DNA of 64,000 bases from an uncultured delta proteobacterium (GCA_963752855.1 CAVVZX010000054.1:2154-66153); one strand, 5' to 3'; shown: positions 19,966 to 30,401, numbered from the stretch's first letter. Notes: a model not told the origin generated them from the letters alone. Translations and numbers: made by a program.

Positions 19966-20613
19966 ATGCGAGACTTTGCCTTAGCCAGAAAGAAGATGGT
20001 GGAAGGGCAGCTTGAAGCGCGAGGCATCAGAGATGACCGTGTGCTGGATGCCATGCGGGAGGTCCCGCGCCACCTGTTTGTGGACGTTCCGATGCAAGCT
20101 GAGGCATATGATGATAACCCTCTTCCCATCGGTGACGGCCAAACCATAAGCCAGCCCTACATGGTGGCCATAATGACCGAACTGTTGCAATTCGGGGGAT
20201 CGGAAATAGCGTTGGAGATTGGCACCGGATCGGGCTACCAGGCCGCGGTGTTGAGTAGGGTCTGCAAATGGGTATATACCGTGGAACGAATCCGGAAGCT
20301 GTCGGAACGCGCTGAAAAGACAGTGAAAAGTTGTGGGTACCAAAACATAACATTCATAGTGGGTGACGGCACGGAAGGTTGGCCCGAGGCCGCGCCTTAC
20401 GACGGCATAATAGTTACGGCAGGGGCTCCGAGAATTCCCGATACCTTTATAAAGCAGCTTCGAGTCGGTGGAAGGCTGGTGATCCCGGTCGGGGACCGCT
20501 TCTCTCAAACTTTGAAAAGAGTAATCAAAACAGAAGATGGTACCACAATCGAGAACCACACCGGTTGCCGCTTTGTGGATCTTATCGGCAGGTGGGGCTG
20601 GTTTGTGTCTTAA
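19966..20613 (+). CDS. pcm: protein-L-isoaspartate O-methyltransferase
   Basis: Motifs TISQPYMVA and the SAM motif [14 protein letters not shown]. Start moved from 19822 to ATG 19966 ([10 protein letters not shown]) because the upstream part translates a repeat element. Confidence 0.88.
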   Translation: MRDFALARKKMVEGQLEARGIRDDRVLDAMREVPRHLFVDVPMQAEAYDDNPLPIGDGQTISQPYMVAIMTELLQFGGSEIALEIGTGSGYQAAVLSRVCKWVYTVERIRKLSERAEKTVKSCGYQNITFIVGDGTEGWPEAAPYDGIIVTAGAPRIPDTFIKQLRVGGRLVIPVGDRFSQTLKRVIKTEDGTTIENHTGCRFVDLIGRWGWFVS

Positions 20614-20710
20614 CAAAGGTCAAGAGGGGGCCTGCTTGCCGCGGTCCGTAATTTCCGAGGCTGGAAATCGCAGTCCGGTTTAAAACAAGCCACTGGATTA
20701 TAATCAAATC

Positions 20711-22373
20711 ATGGAATCTCGAATCTCTTTCCAACGTCTCCAAAATTCCAATCTTGCGCCTCTGGGAATTAAATCGCCTTTCACCATCCCATCAGGCATT
20801 GTCACTACGTTGCCGTCAGTAATCGCTCGTATTGCCCGCGACGTGCCGCAAATAGGCTTTTTGACAACCAAGACTCTAAGTGTCGAACCCAGGGCAGGTT
20901 ACAGGGAACCTATAATTCACGAATATTATCCAGGCTGTTTTGTGAATGCGGTAGGCTTGGCTAATCCGGGCGCTGAAAGGTTCCTGGAAGCCATGAAGCC
21001 GTTGCTCCCACTGCACGATCGTAAGCCGCTTTTTGTTTCCATCATGGGCCTTAATGCGCAAGATTTCCTGGATTGCGCACGAATACTGGAGCCGATCGCT
21101 GACGCGTTCGAGCTGAATTTATCGTGTCCACACGTGAAAGACGCGGGTCAGTGCATAGGATCGGACCCGGATTCCGTGAATTCCATTATCAGGCTGCTCA
21201 AGAAACACCTTGATAAGCCGATAGTCCCGAAGCTGTCTCCAAATCTGGGAGACATTGCAGGCATGGCCCAGTTGTGTGAGGCTGCAGGGGCCGATGCGCT
21301 TTCCTTGATCAATACCGTCGGCCCGGGGATTGCCCTGGATTCCCAAGGGCGGCCGATCCTCAGCAATGTCATGGGCGGATTGTCCGGCGCGGGGATTTTG
21401 CCGGTAGGGCTGAAAGCCGTTAGAGAAGCGGCTTCCGCGGTCAAGATCCCAATAATTGCTTCAGGCGGCATAGATTCCGCGCAGGATGTACGAGCTTACC
21501 ACTCGGTCAGGAGCCGCTCTTTTTGCAGTGGGGTCGGCTCTGGCGGGAATGACCACGCCGAGAATAACAGATTTTTTCAGCGACCTGGTTCATGAACTGG
21601 AACACGCGCAAGGCAATGAATCTGCCCGAGCGCCGATCGCTCAGCCGCGGACGGATTATTTCAGAACTACTGTGATGGAGAACAGCCCAGTCGGAGCAGG
21701 CATATTTGCGCTCAAGCTCAAAGAGGGTCCGGCTTGCCGGCCGGGGCGCTTTTTCTTCCTTCGGTTACCTGAAGTAGGAGAAAAGCCTTTTTCACCGATG
21801 AACGATTTGGAACCCATGTATCTGGTCCGCAATGTGGGGCCTTTCACAGCGGCCCTGGAGTCCTTGAAGCCCGGGGATCCCATCGACATGCGGGGACCGT
21901 ACGGCAAAGGTTTTCCCGATCCCGAACCGGGCAGGCCTCTTGTCCTGGTCGGAGGGGGCACGGGCGCGGCCCCGGTCATTATGGCCGGGACGTATTTCGG
22001 ACGGAGCGTGTTTCCAAAGCATTCTTCGGATTTGCAGGTGAAGTGACTGAGGCGCTCAGGGATGAAATCCTGCACTCGCTTCCCCGGCTCCCGAATCGTT
22101 ATCGACCCTCCTGGAACGGTGGGGGAGGTTGTCAGAGCGTTACAGGCCGATATGGTTGCAAATGCCGCCCTGTATCGAGAATGCGCAGCGTTCGTATGCG
22201 GCCCGAGACCCATGATGGACGCAGTTGTCGACGCGCTGAAGCAATATTCCCCCAAAGGGGGCATCCATCTCGCGCGCGAGGACGTAATGCGTTGCGGTAT
22301 AGGCATTTGCGGAAGTTGCGGAACAGAAACCGGCCTGAGATCCTGCGTAGACGGCCCAGTGATGAGGAAATAG
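20711..22373 (+). CDS. pyrD: dihydroorotate dehydrogenase (class 1B-like catalytic domain) fused to a PyrK-like FAD/NAD/[2Fe-2S] electron-transfer domain; 2 frameshifts
   Basis: Pieces 20711..21595, 21486..22046 and 22062..22373. Motifs NLSCPH, GGLSGAGILP and IIASGGI, then RFFFLRLP, LVGGGTGAAP and a C-terminal CGIGICGSCG. No stop separates the two domains in the corrected reading. Confidence 0.8.
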
Positions 22374-22740
22374 GACCGGCATTCTAACAGGTTCTGTTCA
22401 TTGGCTGGAGAGACTCCGGCGCTACCGAAATCCGCTCAGTTTTGCCGCAAAAACACTTGACTCGATGTCTACGTATTTGATAATTGTAATATCTGAATAA
22501 TCGAGGAAGCTCAGATTAAACGGTCGGTCGGGCTCAAAGCTTGACGCAAGGCCGTTCAATGTTGATCTATTCTATGAGAATGCTAACTCTGAAATTGCCC
22601 GGACTTGATCAGAATCGGTTAATGCTACGTTGATAAAGCAGAATTCAGTGCCATATGAGAATTTTGAATAAGTAAAGTTACGGAGTTGATTCCGGCCGGT
22701 GTGGCTTGTCAATGGCCATTTCAAAGAGGAAGGAGATTTT

Positions 22741-23904
22741 ATGAAGCGGGAAATCCGGATAATTATGATTGTGGTGGCCTTGGCTGCCTTTGCAATGACT
22801 CTAATGGCAGCATCCGTCGCGGATGCGGGAAAATTGGAAGAGGCCATTGCCAAAACACCGCAGGGTCTGGGTAAGGGTCAGATCGATCCCAAGGCGGAAC
22901 CCGGTTTCATGGGCATTCCCGGTGCGCCCAATCCTTTCTGGCTCTATGGCATTCTCTGGGGTATTTGGGTCGGCTGGATATTTTCCACGGTCGGAGCCTT
23001 CGGCGGCATCATGGCCGGTGTAGGCCATATCACGGTATTCGGTCTCGCGGACTACGGCAGAACGTTCAAAGACACGAGTCCTGTGCTCAATAAGCTCCTG
23101 ACCGACTCCATCCGCACAAGCAATCAGTACCTTGTTGGCTTGTCCGCATTCATTTCTTCACTCACTTACTATCGGATGGGGAGGCTGGTCCTGCCTTTGG
23201 GACTATGTCTGGCCATTGGCGGGATTGCCGGAGCATATCTCATCCCGGTTCTGACCGCGGGGAAGATCAACCTGAGTCAATACATAGGGTTCTTCGGAGT
23301 CATCGTGCTGATCATCGGCGGTTTCCTCTTCTATGAGACAACCGAAAGGGGACAGAAGAGCAAGAAAGCTGCTAAAGAGGCGGCGGCCGCGTTCGAGCGG
23401 GACCACATAAAGAGAGAGGCAGGAACGTCGGAACATGCGGATCGCGGGGTGGAAGTTACAAGTTGGAGCGCTTCGCGCATCCACTTCACGTTCTATGGCG
23501 TGGAATTCTCGTTTAATCCGCTGTGGCCTCTTGTCGGAGGTTTCGTCATCGCTGCCATCTCCGCTTTCATTGGAGTGGGCGGCGGTTTTCTCTACGTTCC
23601 TTTTCTGACTTCTATCGCAGGGCTGCCGATGTACGTGGTTGCCGGCACCTCCGCATTGGCGGTGTTAGTGAGCATGATAACTTCAATATTCACGTTCATG
23701 TTCGTCAAGGGGACTCCAATAGACCTGCTGTTCATAGGCATAGAGCTTGTGGGCATTATTATCGGTTCAATTGTGGGACCAATGACTTCCAAGTACATTC
23801 CGGACATCTGGCTGAAGAGAATCTTTGTGGTTCTGGCGATTTATGTTGGCGTCGGTTACACTACTAAGGGATTCCTCGGATACTCGATTTTCCCCGGAAT
23901 GTAA
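22741..23904 (+). CDS. TSUP (TauE/SafE-like) family permease
   Basis: Start at ATG 22741 with GGAAGGAG upstream. 8 or more TM segments in two halves separated by a charged loop. Contains a GVGGGFLYVPFL motif. Confidence 0.7.
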   Translation: MKREIRIIMIVVALAAFAMTLMAASVADAGKLEEAIAKTPQGLGKGQIDPKAEPGFMGIPGAPNPFWLYGILWGIWVGWIFSTVGAFGGIMAGVGHITVFGLADYGRTFKDTSPVLNKLLTDSIRTSNQYLVGLSAFISSLTYYRMGRLVLPLGLCLAIGGIAGAYLIPVLTAGKINLSQYIGFFGVIVLIIGGFLFYETTERGQKSKKAAKEAAAAFERDHIKREAGTSEHADRGVEVTSWSASRIHFTFYGVEFSFNPLWPLVGGFVIAAISAFIGVGGGFLYVPFLTSIAGLPMYVVAGTSALAVLVSMITSIFTFMFVKGTPIDLLFIGIELVGIIIGSIVGPMTSKYIPDIWLKRIFVVLAIYVGVGYTTKGFLGYSIFPGM

Positions 23905-23989
23905 TCTCACAGAAGTCGGAAATTTATGGGATGGCAAGACCGCGGGCCGACCAAGACCGGCCCGGGTTCGTCATGCCTGATCAGTCGTC

Positions 23990-24646
23990 ATGCAGATGCA
24001 CCCTCTTTACATGGTCATCGATCCTTATTTGATCTTTTTCTACCGGATCACCGGGTACGGCTTTTTGGATTTCCTCATAGGGACGTTCGTGCTTGCATTC
24101 ATAGCGTTGATACTGGGTGAACTTACTATCTCGTGGGCTTTTCTTCTCTCCAGGAAATACGTAGACAACATCACGTGCGAAGTGACACGATATCAGAATT
24201 TATCACAGGAAGCCTTAGTGGCCGGAGACAAGAAGGCATATAAGGCATCCAATAAATTGGCCAATGACGCATTCGGCAGGACTTTTTTCATGCAGATTGC
24301 TCTGTCCGCATCGTTTCTGTGGCCGATCTTCTTCGCTCTGGATTGGATGGGGCACAGATTCTCGGAGGTCGAATTCAGAATTCTGTTCACTGGTTATTCG
24401 GTTGGATATATCTGTGTCTTCATAGCTCTTTATGCGGCTGCGTATATGCTTTTCAAAAGAATCAAATACAAGCTGCCATACTTCAGGAATATAGGCGCCA
24501 TTTTGAATAGTTATACACCGACATCTTCGAAATCGGCCGATACCGGATCAAGCAACAGCCGCCTCGCGGATGCACAAGAACTAATCGTCCGGATACACAG
24601 ATTCCGGAAAGCAAGTAACAGGGAAGATAGGGACAAAATATTCTAA
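23990..24646 (+). CDS. hypothetical integral membrane protein
   Basis: 218-aa ORF with about 4 hydrophobic segments. It sits between the TSUP permease and the Mo-oxidoreductase, and its stop lies 11 nt before the next ATG. No family recognised. Confidence 0.55.
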   Translation: MQMHPLYMVIDPYLIFFYRITGYGFLDFLIGTFVLAFIALILGELTISWAFLLSRKYVDNITCEVTRYQNLSQEALVAGDKKAYKASNKLANDAFGRTFFMQIALSASFLWPIFFALDWMGHRFSEVEFRILFTGYSVGYICVFIALYAAAYMLFKRIKYKLPYFRNIGAILNSYTPTSSKSADTGSSNSRLADAQELIVRIHRFRKASNREDRDKIF

Positions 24647-24657
24647 AGGGAGATCCC

Positions 24658-26754
24658 ATGCCGGAAACCAACAAACAAACAGTGTATAGCGTTTGCGCGA
24701 TGTGCACTGTACGCTGCCCCATCGAAGTTGAAGTCGAAAACGGAGCAGTGAAGCATATTTGGGGCAATCCACATTTGCTCGGAGGTCGTTACCTCTGTCC
24801 CAGAGGGGCCGCGGGCAAGGTGTTCCAGAGCGACAGCGAACGAGTCCGGAGCCCTATGATCCGAGACGGGGAAAGGGGTTCAGGGAAATGGAAGAAAGCA
24901 AGCTGGGATGAAGCGCTCGATTATATAGCGGATAATCTGAAGAAAGTGATCAAGAAACACGGCGCCGGAGAGCGTTGCGCTGGGTGACAGGGGCGGCCCG
25001 TTCACCGATCTGCAAAAGGCGTTTATAAAAGCTCTCGGTTCTCCTAACTATTTCAATCACCATGCTTCCTGCTCCAATAGTGTTCATAATGCGCATAACT
25101 GCTCTGGCAGGGCACAGGCGGAACACGGTGGCTTACGATTACAAGAATTGCAAATACATAATCCTTTACGGGAGAAACATCCTCGAAGCCATCGGCACAA
25201 AAGAAGCCAAGGAGTTCATAGACGGACTGGAAGCCGGTATGAAGTTCGTCCATCTGGATGTGCGCTGGAACTACACCGCGGCCAAGGCGCATCGTTTCTT
25301 CATGGTCAAACCCGGGACCGACTATGCGTTCAACCTTGGGCTTATCAACGTCATTTTGGCCGAAGGGCTGTACAGACAAAGAATTTGTGAAGCGCTGGGT
25401 AACCGGGCTGAACGAGCTGAAGAAATTCGTCGAGCCGTATACACCGGAATGGGCCTCAAAAGAGACAGGCATTCCGGCCAAGGACATAAAGGCGATTGCC
25501 TACGAAGCCGCGGAGGCAAAACCGTCGGTCATTTTTCATCCCGGTTGGATGACCGCATGGACGGAAAATGACTATTACTTCAGGAGATCCATCTACATCC
25601 TTCAGGCGCTCTTGGGAGGATATGAGGCCAAGGGAGGGTATCTTTTCTTCAAAGGAGAGCCGGCTACCGGCCACAAGCCTGTCAAGATGCTCCAGGCGGC
25701 CGTGCCGAAGGTGGAAAAAGAGCGCTTTGACGGAGTTGGATCAAAACACAAACACTTATCGGCAGATTACGGCATGGCGCAAATGTTGCCTCACGCCATA
25801 CTCAACGAGGACCCCTATCCGGTCAAGGCGTTCATCTGTTATCGGTACGATCCGCTGTCGTCTCTTCCGGACCCTGAGCTTTTCCAGCAGGCCCTCAGCA
25901 AACTCGACCTGCTGGTAAGCATCGACGTGAACTATAGCCATACGGGTTGGTACTCGGACGTCATTCTCCCGGAATGCACGTATCTGGAGCGAACCGATCC
26001 GGTCATTTCCAAGAAAGGCCCAAAGCCGGCCATCTGGATACGAAGGCAAGCGGTGGAACCCAAATTCGATAGCAAGCCCAAATGGTGGATCTTCAAAGAG
26101 TTGGCTGAGCGTATGGGAATAGGCAAATATTTCCCGTACGAAACCATCGAGGACTTGATCAAGTATCAACTGCAGGATACGGGCTTTACCTTGGAGAATT
26201 TCGACGCGAAGGGATATATCGAGCTTTCCAAGGAGCAAATCCTATGGGACCGCAAAGACGGCCTGAAGTTTAATACTCCCTCGGGCAAGTTCGAACTGGT
26301 CTCCAGCATGCTCGAAGATAACGGGATACCATCATTCCCGCCCTACAGCAGTCCTCAAGCCCCTCCCGAGGGTCAGTACAGGCTTGTGACCGGGAAAATA
26401 GCCACCCATACGCAAGGCACTTCCCTGAACAATCCGCTGCTCAATGAAGTTCAGTCCGAAAACACTCTCTGGATCAATTCCGGAGAAGCCAAGAAGTTGG
26501 GGATCAAAACCGGCGATCTTGTGGAGGTCTCGGCAGGCGGAGTCACTCATACCATAAAGGCGAACGTAACTGATTTCATTCACCCGCAAGCGGTCTTCAC
26601 GCTGCACGGTTACGGTCGAGAAATTCCGCTCCAGACCAGGTGCTATCAAAAGGGAATGAGAGACAATACCCTCATGAAGGGGCTGCTCAAGATGACGATC
26701 GGAGGCAATTGTCCGATGACGGATTGCTTCGTGACAGTAAAGAAGGCGCCGTAG
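24658..26754 (+). CDS. molybdopterin (bis-MGD) oxidoreductase catalytic subunit, PsrA/PhsA-like, no Tat signal; about 3 frameshifts
   Basis: Pieces 24658..24987, an unlisted frame at about 24963-25100 (LGDRGGPFTDLQKAFIKALGSPNYFNHHASCSNS), 25062..25571 and 25258..26754. The N-terminus starts directly with the 4Fe-4S motif CAMCTVRCP...C. C-terminal MopB/molydop-binding-like region. Confidence 0.8.
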
Positions 26755-26777
26755 GATTTTGGTGAAGGAGTTTCACG

Positions 26778-27290
26778 ATGAGTGAGCATTATATATATCA
26801 GGACCAGAATAGGTGCATAGGTTGCCGGGCATGTGAGATGCACTGCAAGACCAAGAACGACGTGCCTGTAGGCCCTAGTTTCTGCAAGATAATTCCGGTT
26901 GGCCCTCAAGTAAAAGGGGGCGTTCCCAGGATGCAATTCATATTCATGCCCTGTTTTCACTGCGAAAACCCGTGGTGCGTCTCAGCGTGCCCGACAGGCG
27001 CTATGCAGAAGCGGCCGTCAGACGGCATCGTATTTGTGGAGCCGTCGTTGTGCATAGGCTGTAAAGCCTGCATCACGGCGTGCCCTTGGGGCGCTCCGCA
27101 ATGGAATAAGGAGACGGGGAAAGCCTTCAAATGCGATTACTGCAAAGACAGAGTGGATGAGGGCCTGCTGCCGGCGTGTGTCACAGGGTGCACCACCGAG
27201 GCGCTTAAATGGGTGGATCCTGCGAAGTCGTCCGAGGTGAGACGCGAGCGCTTCGCTAGGGCAATTGCCAAAGATACGCCTCATCCATAA
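26778..27290 (+). CDS. 4x[4Fe-4S] ferredoxin-type electron-transfer subunit (DmsB/PsrB-like)
   Basis: 170 aa with four Cys clusters: CIGCRACEMHC, CFHCENPWCVSACP, CIGCKACITACP and CDYC...CVTGC. Confidence 0.85.
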   Translation: MSEHYIYQDQNRCIGCRACEMHCKTKNDVPVGPSFCKIIPVGPQVKGGVPRMQFIFMPCFHCENPWCVSACPTGAMQKRPSDGIVFVEPSLCIGCKACITACPWGAPQWNKETGKAFKCDYCKDRVDEGLLPACVTGCTTEALKWVDPAKSSEVRRERFARAIAKDTPHP

Positions 27291-27324
27291 TCTTGGGACT
27301 GGGAAGACGCGTGGCAATTCATTA

Positions 27325-27382
27325 TTAGGAGTTTTTGGGGAGGGGTCTCGGGGAGGCCCTTTTTGCAAAAACGGGCCTCCCC
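27325..27382. repeat. extragenic repeat: inverted AAAAACTCC module plus GCAAAAA-centred palindrome
   Basis: ggggaggccctttttgcaaaaacgggcctcccc (27350-27382) is a near-perfect palindrome. The preceding aggagtttttgggg is the reverse of the cccaaaaactcc module seen at 57.7, 61.6 and 63.6 kb. Confidence 0.8.
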
Positions 27383-27427
27383 GGTCATCCCTGAAAATTT
27401 CCTCCCGGCGACAGCCAGGAGCTAAAC

Positions 27428-29380
27428 ATGTCTGCAAATCTTTTATTTCCACCAGGGCCCGGCGCGGATAAGAATCGCGTTGTCTACGATGAAGAAGGCC
27501 TGAAGCATGAATCCTCCGCTCCGTGCCAGTTAAACTGCCCTGCCGGAATAGACATTCCTTCGTATATAGCTCTGATCGGTCTCGGACGTTACGATGAGGC
27601 CATCGAGATAATCAGAAAAGACAATCCGTTTCCCTGGGTATGCGGACTGATCTGCCCAAATCCGTGCGAATCCTGGTGCCAGCGCAGATATTTGGATAAG
27701 CCGATCTGTATTAAAGACCTCAAGGGCCTGGCAGCCAAGATGGTGATGGAAAAGGATCGTGGTTACAAAATCCCCGAACCCAAAGATCAATACCGGGAAA
27801 AAGTCGCTGTTATAGGCTCCGGACCTGCCGGTCTGACTGCCGCCTATTTTCTGGCATGGGAAGGTTACCCGGTCACTGTTTTTGAAGCCATGCCCGAACC
27901 CGGTGGCCTGCTCATAGCAGGCATCCCGGAATTTCGGTTGCCCCGTCAGGTTGTTCGCAGAGAGATCGAGGCAATCCGTGCGATGGGCGTGGAATTCGTC
28001 GTAAATACACCCGTGGGCAAAGACTTAACCCTCAATCACCTCAGGTCACAAGGATATAAAGCGTTTTTCATCGGAATAGGGGCCTGGCAAAGCTTTAGAT
28101 TGGGCATTGAGGGTGAAGACGATTATCCTTCCGTGATCACCGCTTTGGATTTTCTCAAGGGTGTGGCATTCGGAAATCGCACGAAACCCGCTGACGGCGT
28201 TGCGATAGTGGGCGGAGGTAACGCTGCCGTAGATGCCGCCAGAGCTTGTGTCCGTCTGGGCTGCAAATCCGTGAGCATTGTTTATCGACGCACCAGGTCC
28301 GAGATGCCGGCCCATTTTGAAGAAATCATTCAGATGGCGGAAGAAGGCATCCACGTGCATCAGTTGACTATTCCTTCACGAGTTCTGGGGAGTGACGGGA
28401 AAGTTCAGTCCCTGGAATGCATTATGGCCAGCCTCGGGGAGCCTGATGACAGCGGTAGGCGCCGGCCCGTTCCGGTCCCTGATTCGGCTTACAAGATGCC
28501 CGTCGGGGCTATAATTTCGGCCATAGGGCAAAAGCCCGCTCTCGGCGATTTTCCAGGACTCGGGGACCTGGAAGTAACAAGGAAAGAGACCATAAGTGTC
28601 GCCGTGAACTCACAGCGAACCAATATTCCTGATGTCTTTGCCGGAGGTGACGCAGTCACCGGCCCTGCAACAGTGGTCCAGGCTATAGGCGCGGGCAAAA
28701 AAGCGGCTATGGCGATGCATTCTTATCTGAGAAATCAGACTCTTTCCGAGAAGACCCCGCCGAGGCCGAGGACCATGGTGGCTCCGGTCGCTATGGATTA
28801 CCACGAGAAAGCCTTTATACAGCGCCAGGAGATACCGCTCATTGACCTGGAGAGGCGAATCAACACCTTCGACCAGGTCGAGTTGGGCCTGGACGAGATT
28901 GCGGCTCGTCAAGAAGCCAAGAGGTGTATGCGCTGCGATATTTGCGAACGCTGCGGGCAATGCGTGGAGGTGTGCAGTGAGCGGCTCGGTGTCTCGGCCA
29001 TCAAATTCTATCATGCCGGTGAGAGTTCGCTGATCCTGAAAGACTATGTGCGAAGTCTCCCCAAGTGCATTGGTTGCGGCGCGTGTGTAAGCATTTGCCC
29101 CACCGGGGCATTACAGATGGAGGACCGAGAGGGCGAGCGCTTGATCCTGATGTCCGGGACAGTCATCAATCGCATCAAAATGGAAAAATGCGAGGGATGC
29201 GGAGTCTATTACGTGCCGACCATTCTGTTAAAGCACGTGGCCAAACTCGTCGAAGCGCCTGAAGAAGTTTTCGACCAAAAATTATGTCCCGAATGCAAGA
29301 GGATCGCCAGGGCCGCGCGAATCGCAGGCGGCCGGCCCGATTTCAGCCACGTAAGACCATCCGACGTGTCGGTATATTGA
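27428..29380 (+). CDS. GltD/NfnB-like NAD(P)H:FAD oxidoreductase with extra C-terminal ferredoxin domain
   Basis: 650 aa. N-terminal Cys-rich GltD-type FeS region. Dinucleotide motifs VIGSGPAGLTAAYFLA and IVGGGNAAVDAAR. C-terminal CMRCDICERCGQCVEVC and CIGCGACVSICP, plus CEGCG...CPEC. Confidence 0.8.
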   Translation: MSANLLFPPGPGADKNRVVYDEEGLKHESSAPCQLNCPAGIDIPSYIALIGLGRYDEAIEIIRKDNPFPWVCGLICPNPCESWCQRRYLDKPICIKDLKGLAAKMVMEKDRGYKIPEPKDQYREKVAVIGSGPAGLTAAYFLAWEGYPVTVFEAMPEPGGLLIAGIPEFRLPRQVVRREIEAIRAMGVEFVVNTPVGKDLTLNHLRSQGYKAFFIGIGAWQSFRLGIEGEDDYPSVITALDFLKGVAFGNRTKPADGVAIVGGGNAAVDAARACVRLGCKSVSIVYRRTRSEMPAHFEEIIQMAEEGIHVHQLTIPSRVLGSDGKVQSLECIMASLGEPDDSGRRRPVPVPDSAYKMPVGAIISAIGQKPALGDFPGLGDLEVTRKETISVAVNSQRTNIPDVFAGGDAVTGPATVVQAIGAGKKAAMAMHSYLRNQTLSEKTPPRPRTMVAPVAMDYHEKAFIQRQEIPLIDLERRINTFDQVELGLDEIAARQEAKRCMRCDICERCGQCVEVCSERLGVSAIKFYHAGESSLILKDYVRSLPKCIGCGACVSICPTGALQMEDREGERLILMSGTVINRIKMEKCEGCGVYYVPTILLKHVAKLVEAPEEVFDQKLCPECKRIARAARIAGGRPDFSHVRPSDVSVY

Positions 29381-29667
29381 TTGAAGCTGTTCCCCGATTC
29401 CACCGACACGAGCAAAGCGTCTGTTCCGGACACTTCATTTCGACTCTGTTGAAAGCTTGGCGCTGTGAACCTGCCGCAACGCCATGGTAGTAGGGGCGGC
29501 CCTGTGCGTCCGCCCAGGGCAGGCGCACGGGTTTCGGGCGCCATGGTGGGGCCGGTATCAACGCAATTTCCGGACTCACTAGTCGCGCCGTACGACCTGT
29601 CACGCCACTCTGCATTACCCTCCGATCTTATCTGTCACGGATAGGGAAGATCGCGCTTGCGGGAGTA

Positions 29668-29699
29668 ATGGAAACCTGATAAACTTATATCGTTTCCAT
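29668..29699. promoter_or_regulatory. candidate TetR operator (perfect 8-bp inverted repeat)
   Basis: ATGGAAAC (29668-29675), N16, GTTTCCAT (29692-29699), 32 nt upstream of the tetR-family start codon. Confidence 0.5.
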
Positions 29700-29730
29700 A
29701 GGATGTTCAACCATAGCAAGAGCTTCCGAT

Positions 29731-30378
29731 ATGTCCGCCAAACGCTCTAAGGCTCCTGACTCCGCAACCTCAATGCAATCACATGCTGATGTGTCCGCGC
29801 GGCAAAGGATAGTCACCGCGGCCCGGCGCCATTTCTTTGCCTTCGGTTTCCGGGCTGTCACTATGGATGACATTGCGGCTGAACTCGGCATGAGCAAAAA
29901 GACGCTCTATGCGCATTTTCGAAGCAAGTCTGAACTGGTGCAGGCGGCAGTCGCTGATAAACAACGCGCAATCGAGGCGGACCTGGAGCAAATTTCGTCT
30001 GAATCCTCGTCGGACTTTCCCTCTGCTATACAGCAATTTCTCGCTAAAATGCAGCGCCACTTGGAGGAGATTCATCCGCCATTTATGCGGGATATTCAGC
30101 GAGAAGCTCCGGAAATCTTTGAATTGGTGGAGATCCGTCGCCGAGATCTTATTCATCGCTATTTGAGCAAAATCCTGACCCAAGGACGCGAGGCCGGAAT
30201 TATCCGCAAAGATATTCCGATAAGGCTGATAATTGAGATCTGGCTCGGCGTGGTCCAAGCCGTCATGAATCCCAACAAACTAACGGAACTGGACCTCACG
30301 CCCAAGGCCGGCTTTTCTGCGGTCATTTCGGTAATTATGGAGGGTTTAATGACTGCGGAAGGGAGGTCGAAACCCTGA
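29731..30378 (+). CDS. TetR/AcrR family transcriptional regulator
   Basis: N-terminal HTH FGFRAVTMDDIAAELGMSKKTLYAHFRSK. 215 aa. Directly precedes the efflux genes. Confidence 0.85.
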   Translation: MSAKRSKAPDSATSMQSHADVSARQRIVTAARRHFFAFGFRAVTMDDIAAELGMSKKTLYAHFRSKSELVQAAVADKQRAIEADLEQISSESSSDFPSAIQQFLAKMQRHLEEIHPPFMRDIQREAPEIFELVEIRRRDLIHRYLSKILTQGREAGIIRKDIPIRLIIEIWLGVVQAVMNPNKLTELDLTPKAGFSAVISVIMEGLMTAEGRSKP

Positions 30379-30401
30379 TCGCTTCCAACACAACACATCG
30401 A

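Noticed and set aside
19981-20616. Long antisense or alternative-frame ORFs inside well-supported genes. Examples are 1492..1791, 4836..5139, 8199..8585, 17267..17929, 19981..20616, 21656..22306, 29779..30258, 31356..31967, 35250..35810 and 55907..56740.
   Set aside because: They are shadow ORFs of genes with clear family motifs on the other strand or frame, and none has recognisable motifs of its own.
24985-24987. In-frame TGA ending the first Mo-oxidoreductase piece, considered as a possible selenocysteine codon.
   Set aside because: Reading through in the same frame gives non-homologous sequence (QGRPVHRSAKG..). The +1 frame continues with conserved LGDRGGPFTDLQKAFIKALGSPNYFNHHASCSNS, which contains a Cys ligand candidate. 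This is a frame break, not a Sec codon.
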